In this document: in pieces, positions 56,994-64,000 of the stretch
Layout of the letters: each line of letters opens with the position of its first letter
How positions within the stretch are numbered: position 1 is the stretch's first letter
Assembly (NCBI GenBank): GCA_965197525.1
Contig: OZ240211.1
Coordinates: 1-64,000 of the forward strand
Direction: 5' to 3'
Length of the DNA: 64,000 nucleotides
Source: Nitrosopumilus sp.
Lineage (GTDB): Archaea; Thermoproteota; Nitrososphaeria; Nitrososphaerales; Nitrosopumilaceae
Translations under genes and position numbers: made by a program
The notes under the pieces: generated by a model
Database searches by the model: none
What the model was told of the DNA's origin: nothing
Seen by the model: only the letters and a program-made list of their open reading frames with translations

Positions 56994-59900
56994 ATGTTCC
57001 TGACAAAATCTCTGCTTGTGTCGTTGGTGTTGTTTTGTGGCGTGTTGCTATTTCCTGATGTCTATGCACAAACACCAGACAACAGGTCTCCAACCTTTGA
57101 GTCCTCTGAATTTAATCTCATGACAGGAGTGCTCACGATAGCCTTCTCAGAGACCATAGATGTGACGCCTGCCACAAATGTTGTTCCATCCCAGATACAC
57201 ATCAGGGAGTCAGACAACTACACCGGCGGTATAACCCTGACTGCACAGGAGCTTGACACTGTATCTGACGGTACTACGATCTCATTTACCCTGACTGCAT
57301 CACACCTTGCAGCAGTCAAAGCACTGACTGTGCCGGAGCTGACAATCGAGCCGGGGGCAGTACAAGACACGTCTGGCAACCTCATTGTCGGCACCTTTGA
57401 TGCATCTACTGCTACCTTTGTTGATGCCACCTCGATCTCGTTCCAAGAATCTCATCCGACAGGCATGGCATTCTCAAATGACGGTACCAAGATGTTTGTA
57501 ATAGGTACCGGTAGTGACGCCGTAATCGAATACACTCTATCTGTCCCATTTGATGCCTCCACGCTAGATTACATAGACGCCACCTCGATCAAATCGGAGG
57601 AAACTTGGCCATCAGGCATAACATTCTCAGATGACGGTACCAAGATGTTTATAATAGGTGCCGGTAGTGACGCCGTAACCGAATACGCCCTGTCTACTGC
57701 CTTTGATGCCTCCGCCCTGACCTTGACTAACACCACATCGATCTCAGATCAGGAAACCGCTCCAAGAGGCATGGCATTCTCAAATGACGGCACCAGGATG
57801 TTTGTAGTAGGTGCTCACAGCAACGCCGTAAACGAATACACTCTATCTGTCCCATTTGATGCCTCCACTCTGACTTATGCTGGTATTGTATCCCTGACAC
57901 CACGAGAAAATACGCCACAAGACATAGCATTCTCAAATGACGGCACCAAGATGTTTGTATTAGGCGGTGATGAAAGCATCATAAGCGAATATGCTCTATC
58001 TATCCCCTTTATTGCCTCCACCGGCACCTTCATTGACGCCACCCCTGTTGTCCCATTATGGGAAACACATGCAACAGGTATGGCATTCTCAAATGACGGT
58101 GCCAAGATGTTTGTAATAGGCCGTATCGGAGATTCCATATACGAATATGCGCTAAGCTCAGTCTATCCCATTGCCATAGATTCCTCTCCTCCCACCTTTG
58201 TGTCCTCTGGACTTAATCCCGTGACAAGAGTGCTCACGATAGCCTTCTCAGAGGATGTGGATGTGACGCCTGCCACAAATGTCGTTCCGGTCAAGATACA
58301 CATCAGGGAGTCAGGCAATTACACTGACGGCATAACCCTGACTGCCCAGGAGCTTGACACTGCATCTGACGGTACTACGATCTCATTTACCCTGACTGCA
58401 TCACACCTTGCAGCAGTCAAAGCACTGACTGTGCCGGAGCTGACAATCGAGCCGGGGGCAGTACAAGACGTATCTGGCAACCTCATTGTCGGCACCTTTG
58501 ATGCATCTACTGCTACCTTTGTTAGTGCCACCTCGATCTCGTTCCAAGAATCTTCTCCGACAGGCATGGCATTCTCAAATGACGGCACCAGAATGTTTGT
58601 AATAGGTGTTAACAGCGACAGCGTAAACGAATACACTCTATCTGTCCCCTTTGATGCCTCCACCCGTACCTACGTTAATGCCACCTCCGTCTCAGACCAG
58701 GAGATATATCCGACAGGCATGGCATTCTCAAATGACGGTACCAAGATGTTTGTAATAGGTGTTAACAGCGACAGCGTAAACGAATACACTCTATCTGTCC
58801 CCTTTGATGCCTCCACCCGTACCTACGTTAATGCCACCTCCGTCTCAGACCAGGAGATATATCCGACAGGCATGGCATTCTCAAATGACGGTACCAAGAT
58901 GTTTGTAATAGGTGTTAACAGCGACAGCGTAAACGAATACACTCTATCTGTCCCCTTTGATGCCTCCACCCGTACCTACGTTAATGCCACCTCCGTCTCA
59001 GACCAGGAGACAAGTCCGACAGGCATGGCATTCTCAAATGACGGTACCAAGATGTTTGTAATAGGTATTAACAGCGACAGCGTAAACGAATACACTCTAT
59101 CTGTCCCCTTTGATGCCTCCACCCGTACCTACGTTAATGCCACCTCCGTCTCAGACCAGGAGACAAGTCCGACAGACATGGCATTCTCAAATGACGGTAC
59201 CAAGATGTTTGTAATAGGTGCTAGTAGAGGCTACGTACACGAGTACACGCTAAGCTCAGTCTATCCTGTTACCTTGGATTCCTCTCTTCCCGACTTTATC
59301 ATGTACACACCTGACGTATCCTCCACCAATGTTAATGGAACATACTTTACAGGTGCCATGATCGACGTAACTGCAACATTCCCAAACGCAGTAAATATGA
59401 AGACGTCTGGCATTGTTGATGGGAAAGGAGGATTTGACAGACTGAAAGGTGCAAATTCTGTTACAATCGTGACAATCAGCGGCAAGACATATGCACTTGC
59501 GTCTAGCACAATTGACGACGGCGTTCAGATTATTGATATTACTGATCCCTCGGATCCGTTTGCAGTTGCATCCTTTGGAGCCGGTGATGCCGATAGCAAC
59601 GGCGATATCTTTGATAGTCTTGTTGCGCCGTTTGACGCTACAACTATTGTAATTGATGGCAGGACATACGCTCTAGTGGTCGGTACTTTATCTCACGGCA
59701 TCCAGATTGTTGATATTACAGATCCTGCTGATCCTATTGCAGTTGCATCAGTCTTTCATAGTATTGAATTCCCAGCGCTTGTAGGACCAAGGTCTCTTAC
59801 CTCCGTAACAATTGACAAAAATATCTATGCGCTGGTTGCAGGCTACCATGCCGACGGCATCCAGATTATCAACATCACCGATCCTGTTGCCCCTGCCGCA

Positions 59901-62900
59901 GTTGCACATATATCCGACAGCACCGATTCTAATCCTACAGATTATGTCACATTGGACATTCCAACTTTTGTTACTACTTTTGTAGTTGATGATAAAACAT
60001 ACGCCTTGGTGACGAGTGCTGATGATCACGGCATCCAGATAATCGACATCTCTGATCCTGCCGCCCCTGTAGCCGTTGCATCAGTGACTGACCTGAATGA
60101 CTGTGACGGTATTCCAGAAGACGAGTGCTTTGATACGCTTCGGGTTTCATACCATGCCATCATCACTGTAATTAATGATGATACTTATGCGCTGGTGGCA
60201 AGCGCTGCAGATTCTGGCATCCAGATAATTAACGTTACAGATCCTGCCTCTCCTGCCGCCGTTGCATCAGTGACTGACCTGAATGATTGTGATGATACTC
60301 CAGAAGATGAGTGCTTCGATCAGCTTGCCGGTGCTACGCATATGGCTATTACAATAATTGATGGCAAAACTTATGCGCTGGTGACAGGCCTGTCAGACAA
60401 CGGCGTCCAGATAATCGACATCTCTGATCCCGCTGCCCCTACTGCCACCGCATCAGTAACTGACAGTACGGCTAGCAACCCTACAGGCTATAGGGAACTT
60501 GGCGGTGCAAATGCCGTTGCAATTACAACAACCGTTCTTGGCAAGACTTACGCACTGGTGGCTGGATATGCTGATAACAGCATCCAGATAATCGACATCA
60601 CAGACCCTGAATCGCCCGTACCTGTCTACTTTAACCCGTACATAAATCTGGACTTGACACATACCACTCAACGCGCAGAATATGCGTCTGGATCTGGAAC
60701 TGACACCCTCTCCTTTAGGTATGTGGTGCAACCTGGTGACTTTTCGCTGGATCTTGCATACACTGATTCTGCGGCACTAGTAGTACCGCGTATTAGCAAA
60801 ATAGAGGATGCTGACAATAACGTTTCTATCGTATCGGTACTAGCTGATCCCGGACAGCCAAAATCACTTAGCACAAACAAGGACATTAAAATTAACGTGC
60901 ACGTAGCCGATGCAGGAGACGACGACAATGTAGATGAAAATGTCCTGTACACCCTCAACGGTACAGGCTCTACCGGCCCCCTCGAGAACCCGTTGACATT
61001 TGAATGGACACAGGACTCTGGTCCGACGGTAACCTTGACAGACATCAATGCGGTCTCCCCGTCGTTTGTTGCCCCCGTCGTAGCTGAGAACACCCCGGTG
61101 GTCTTCACCCTCAACGTCACAGCTGCAGGAGAGTCTGACACGGACACCGTCACCATTACGATAATTGACAGTGAAAGCAACGCGCCAGTCGCTGATGCAG
61201 GTGATGATGACAATGTCAACGAAGGTGTCTCGTACACCCTTGATGGTACAGATTCCACTGACCCCAACGACGACCCGCTGTCATTTGAGTGGACACAGGA
61301 CTCTGGTCCGACGGTAACCCTGACAGGTGCCAATACTGACTCTCCGTCGTTTGTTGCCCCTGCCGTAGCTGAGAACACCCCGGTGGTCTTCACCCTCAAC
61401 GTCACAGCTGCAGGAGAGTCTGACACGGACACCGTCACCATTACGATAATTGACAGTGAAAGCAACGCGCCAGTCGCTGATGCAGGTGATGATGACAATG
61501 TAGATGAGGGTACCTCGTACACCCTTGATGGTACAGATTCCACTGACCCCAACGACGACCCGCTGTCATTTGAGTGGACACAGGACTCTGGCCCAACGGT
61601 AACCCTGACAGGTGCCAATACTGACTCTCCGTCGTTTGTTGCCCCTGCCGTAGCTGAGAACACCCCGGTGGTCTTCACCCTCAACGTCACAGCTGCAGGA
61701 GAGTCTGACACGGACACCGTCACCATTACGATAATTGACAGTGAAAGCAACGCGCCAGTCGCTGATGCAGGTGATGATGACAATGTCAACGAAGGTGTCT
61801 CGTACACCCTTGATGGTACAGATTCCACTGACCCCAACGACGACCCGCTGTCATTTGAGTGGACACAGGACTCTGGTCCGACGGTAACCCTGACAGGTGC
61901 CAATACTGACTCTCCGTCGTTTGTCGCCCCCGCAGTAGCTGAGAACACCCCGGTGGTCTTTACCCTCAACGTCACAGCTGCAGGAGAGTCTGACACGGAC
62001 ACAGTCACCATCACGATAATTGACAGTGAAAGCAACGCGCCAGTCGCTGATGCAGGTGATGATGACAATGTCAACGAAGGTGTCTCGTACACCCTTGATG
62101 GTACAGATTCCACTGACCCCAACGACGACCCGCTGTCATTTGAGTGGACACAGGACTCTGGTCCGACGGTAACCCTGACAGGTGCCAATACTGACTCTCC
62201 GTCGTTTGTTGCCCCTGCCGTAGCTGAGAACACCCCGGTGGTCTTCACCCTCAACGTCACAGCTGCAGGAGAGTCTGACACGGACACCGTCACCATTACG
62301 ATAATTGACAGTGAAAGCAACGCGCCAGTCGCTGATGCAGGTGATGATGACAATGTAGATGAGGGTACCTCGTACACCCTTGATGGTACAGATTCCACTG
62401 ACCCCAACGACGACCCGCTGTCATTTGAGTGGACACAGGACTCTGGCCCAACGGTAACCCTGACAGGTGCCAATACTGACTCTCCGTCGTTTGTTGCCCC
62501 TGCCGTAGCTGAGAACACCCCGGTGGTCTTTACCCTCAACGTCACAGCTGCAGGAGAGTCTGACACGGACACAGTCACCATCACGATAATTGACAGTGAA
62601 AGCAACGCGCCAGTCGCTGATGCAGGTGATGATGACAATGTCAACGAAGGTGTCTCGTACACCCTTGATGGTACAGATTCCACTGACCCCAACGACGACC
62701 CGCTGTCATTTGAGTGGACACAGGACTCTGGTCCGACGGTAACCCTGACAGGTGCCAATACTGACTCTCCGTCGTTTGTTGCCCCTGCCGTAGCTGAGAA
62801 CACCCCGGTGGTCTTCACCCTCAACGTCACAGCTGCAGGAGAGTCTGACACGGACACCGTCACCATTACGATAATTGACAGTGAAAGCAACGCGCCAGTC

Positions 62901-64000
62901 GCTGATGCAGGTGATGATGACAATGTAGATGAGGGTACCTCGTACACCCTTGATGGTACAGATTCCACTGACCCCAACGACGACCCGCTGTCATTTGAGT
63001 GGACACAGGACTCTGGCCCAACGGTAACCCTGACAGGTGCCAATACTGACTCTCCGTCGTTTGTTGCCCCTGCCGTAGCTGAGAACACCCCGGTGGTCTT
63101 TACCCTCAACGTCACAGCTGCAGGAGAGTCTGACACGGACACAGTCACCATTACGATAATTGACAGTGAAAGCAACGCGCCAGTCGCTGATGCAGGTGAT
63201 GATGACAATGTCAACGAAGGTGTCTCGTACACCCTTGATGGTACAGATTCCACTGACCCCAACGACGACCCGCTGTCATTTGAGTGGACACAGGACTCTG
63301 GTCCGACGGTAACCCTGACAGATGCCAATACTGACTCTCCGTCGTTTGTTGCCCCTGCCGTAGCTGAGAACACCCCGGTGGTCTTCACCCTCAACGTCAC
63401 AGCTGCAGGAGAGTCTGACACGGACACCGTCACCATTACGATAATTGACAGTGAAAGCAACGCGCCAGTCGCTGATGCAGGTGATGATGACAATGTAGAT
63501 GAGGGTACCTCGTACACCCTTGATGGTACAGATTCCACTGACCCCAACGACGACCCGCTGTCATTTGAGTGGACACAGGACTCTGGTCCGACGGTAACCC
63601 TGACAGATGCCAATACTGACTCTCCGTCGTTTGTTGCCCCTGCCGTAGCTGAGAACACCCCGGTGGTCTTTACCCTCAACGTCACAGCTGCAGGAGAGTC
63701 TGACACGGACACCGTCACCATTACGATAATTGACAGTGAAAGCAACGCGCCAGTCGCTGATGCAGGTGATGATGACAATGTAGATGAGGGTACCTCGTAC
63801 ACCCTTGATGGTACAGATTCCACTGACCCCAACGACGACCCGCTGTCATTTGAGTGGACACAGGACTCTGGTCCGACGGTAACCCTGACAGGTGCCAATA
63901 CTGACTCTCCGTCGTTTGTTGCCCCTGCCGTAGCTGAGAACACCCCGGTGGTCTTTACCCTCAACGTCACAGCTGCAGGAGAGTCTGACACGGACACAGT
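56994..64000 (+). CDS. Giant secreted surface protein, 5' part (>2300 aa, runs off window; not in ORF track): beta-propeller repeats, LVIVD repeats, PKD-like tandem repeats
   Basis: ATG 56994, MFLTKSLLVSLVLFCGVLLFPDVYAQ signal peptide; PTGMAFSNDGTKMFVIG blades; GIQIIDITDP LVIVD motifs; the sense codons at the window end are in the same frame. Confidence 0.88.
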   Translation, partial: MFLTKSLLVSLVLFCGVLLFPDVYAQTPDNRSPTFESSEFNLMTGVLTIAFSETIDVTPATNVVPSQIHIRESDNYTGGITLTAQELDTVSDGTTISFTLTASHLAAVKALTVPELTIEPGAVQDTSGNLIVGTFDASTATFVDATSISFQESHPTGMAFSNDGTKMFVIGTGSDAVIEYTLSVPFDASTLDYIDATSIKSEETWPSGITFSDDGTKMFIIGAGSDAVTEYALSTAFDASALTLTNTTSISDQETAPRGMAFSNDGTRMFVVGAHSNAVNEYTLSVPFDASTLTYAGIVSLTPRENTPQDIAFSNDGTKMFVLGGDESIISEYALSIPFIASTGTFIDATPVVPLWETHATGMAFSNDGAKMFVIGRIGDSIYEYALSSVYPIAIDSSPPTFVSSGLNPVTRVLTIAFSEDVDVTPATNVVPVKIHIRESGNYTDGITLTAQELDTASDGTTISFTLTASHLAAVKALTVPELTIEPGAVQDVSGNLIVGTFDASTATFVSATSISFQESSPTGMAFSNDGTRMFVIGVNSDSVNEYTLSVPFDASTRTYVNATSVSDQEIYPTGMAFSNDGTKMFVIGVNSDSVNEYTLSVPFDASTRTYVNATSVSDQEIYPTGMAFSNDGTKMFVIGVNSDSVNEYTLSVPFDASTRTYVNATSVSDQETSPTGMAFSNDGTKMFVIGINSDSVNEYTLSVPFDASTRTYVNATSVSDQETSPTDMAFSNDGTKMFVIGASRGYVHEYTLSSVYPVTLDSSLPDFIMYTPDVSSTNVNGTYFTGAMIDVTATFPNAVNMKTSGIVDGKGGFDRLKGANSVTIVTISGKTYALASSTIDDGVQIIDITDPSDPFAVASFGAGDADSNGDIFDSLVAPFDATTIVIDGRTYALVVGTLSHGIQIVDITDPADPIAVASVFHSIEFPALVGPRSLTSVTIDKNIYALVAGYHADGIQIINITDPVAPAAVAHISDSTDSNPTDYVTLDIPTFVTTFVVDDKTYALVTSADDHGIQIIDISDPAAPVAVASVTDLNDCDGIPEDECFDTLRVSYHAIITVINDDTYALVASAADSGIQIINVTDPASPAAVASVTDLNDCDDTPEDECFDQLAGATHMAITIIDGKTYALVTGLSDNGVQIIDISDPAAPTATASVTDSTASNPTGYRELGGANAVAITTTVLGKTYALVAGYADNSIQIIDITDPESPVPVYFNPYINLDLTHTTQRAEYASGSGTDTLSFRYVVQPGDFSLDLAYTDSAALVVPRISKIEDADNNVSIVSVLADPGQPKSLSTNKDIKINVHVADAGDDDNVDENVLYTLNGTGSTGPLENPLTFEWTQDSGPTVTLTDINAVSPSFVAPVVAENTPVVFTLNVTAAGESDTDTVTITIIDSESNAPVADAGDDDNVNEGVSYTLDGTDSTDPNDDPLSFEWTQDSGPTVTLTGANTDSPSFVAPAVAENTPVVFTLNVTAAGESDTDTVTITIIDSESNAPVADAGDDDNVDEGTSYTLDGTDSTDPNDDPLSFEWTQDSGPTVTLTGANTDSPSFVAPAVAENTPVVFTLNVTAAGESDTDTVTITIIDSESNAPVADAGDDDNVNEGVSYTLDGTDSTDPNDDPLSFEWTQDSGPTVTLTGANTDSPSFVAPAVAENTPVVFTLNVTAAGESDTDTVTITIIDSESNAPVADAGDDDNVNEGVSYTLDGTDSTDPNDDPLSFEWTQDSGPTVTLTGANTDSPSFVAPAVAENTPVVFTLNVTAAGESDTDTVTITIIDSESNAPVADAGDDDNVDEGTSYTLDGTDSTDPNDDPLSFEWTQDSGPTVTLTGANTDSPSFVAPAVAENTPVVFTLNVTAAGESDTDTVTITIIDSESNAPVADAGDDDNVNEGVSYTLDGTDSTDPNDDPLSFEWTQDSGPTVTLTGANTDSPSFVAPAVAENTPVVFTLNVTAAGESDTDTVTITIIDSESNAPVADAGDDDNVDEGTSYTLDGTDSTDPNDDPLSFEWTQDSGPTVTLTGANTDSPSFVAPAVAENTPVVFTLNVTAAGESDTDTVTITIIDSESNAPVADAGDDDNVNEGVSYTLDGTDSTDPNDDPLSFEWTQDSGPTVTLTDANTDSPSFVAPAVAENTPVVFTLNVTAAGESDTDTVTITIIDSESNAPVADAGDDDNVDEGTSYTLDGTDSTDPNDDPLSFEWTQDSGPTVTLTDANTDSPSFVAPAVAENTPVVFTLNVTAAGESDTDTVTITIIDSESNAPVADAGDDDNVDEGTSYTLDGTDSTDPNDDPLSFEWTQDSGPTVTLTGANTDSPSFVAPAVAENTPVVFTLNVTAAGESDTDT
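58557..59230 (+). repeat. 153-bp (51-aa) tandem propeller-blade repeats
   Basis: ccgacag(g/a)catggcattc starts at 58557, 58710, 58863, 59016, 59169. Confidence 0.9.
61176..64000 (+). repeat. 285-bp (95-aa) tandem PKD-like repeats, 10 copies plus one divergent upstream copy
   Basis: SNAPVADAGDDDNV.EG.SYTLDGTDSTDPNDDPLSFEWTQDSGPTVTL... every 285 bp from 61176. Confidence 0.93.

Noticed and set aside
60668-63997. 1109-aa minus-strand ORF
   Set aside because: Antisense shadow of the 285-bp PKD repeat array; the plus-strand frame has a signal peptide and recognisable domains.
36490-64000. Tandem repeats as CRISPR arrays
   Set aside because: Unit lengths are multiples of three (153, 285, 294, 1224 bp), in frame, and without unique spacers.

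Overview
Archaeal chromosome segment. Core genes (smc, map, tsr3, Sec61-beta, tfb, SUI1, UPF0148, DUF2070, tRNA-Pro) point to an ammonia-oxidising thaumarchaeon of the Nitrosopumilaceae type. The IS load and giant repetitive surface proteins suggest a host-associated (e.g. sponge) lineage, which is inference only. Two accessory regions interrupt the core. The first (~12.9-23.7 kb) is a nuclease-rich, defence-like island: truncated PIN plus DUF4065-like partner, a CARF-wHTH regulator divergent from an HNH / SNase / GIY-YIG operon, a membrane-anchored Mrr, IS630 and ISH3 elements, and a 29-aa Gly/Lys peptide. The second (33.7 kb to the window end) holds nested mobile elements and giant adhesins. 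The best finding is a reconstructable nest at 33714-52173. An intact-looking TnpB lies in a ~1.64-kb element bounded by ~30-bp terminal inverted repeats and an 8-bp target-site duplication (CTACTGAA), which is not how canonical IS200/IS605/IS607 tnpB elements are built. That element was later split between its TATA box and its start codon by a 16.8-kb composite ISH3 transposon (5-bp ATTAA duplication) carrying a ~12-kb FG-GAP/PKD adhesin gene. A further giant surface-protein ORF starts at 56994, runs off the window and is absent from the ORF track. No CRISPR array or rRNA was seen. Several frameshifts lie in homopolymers or repeats and could be assembly errors. All family assignments are from motif recognition; no database searches were run.
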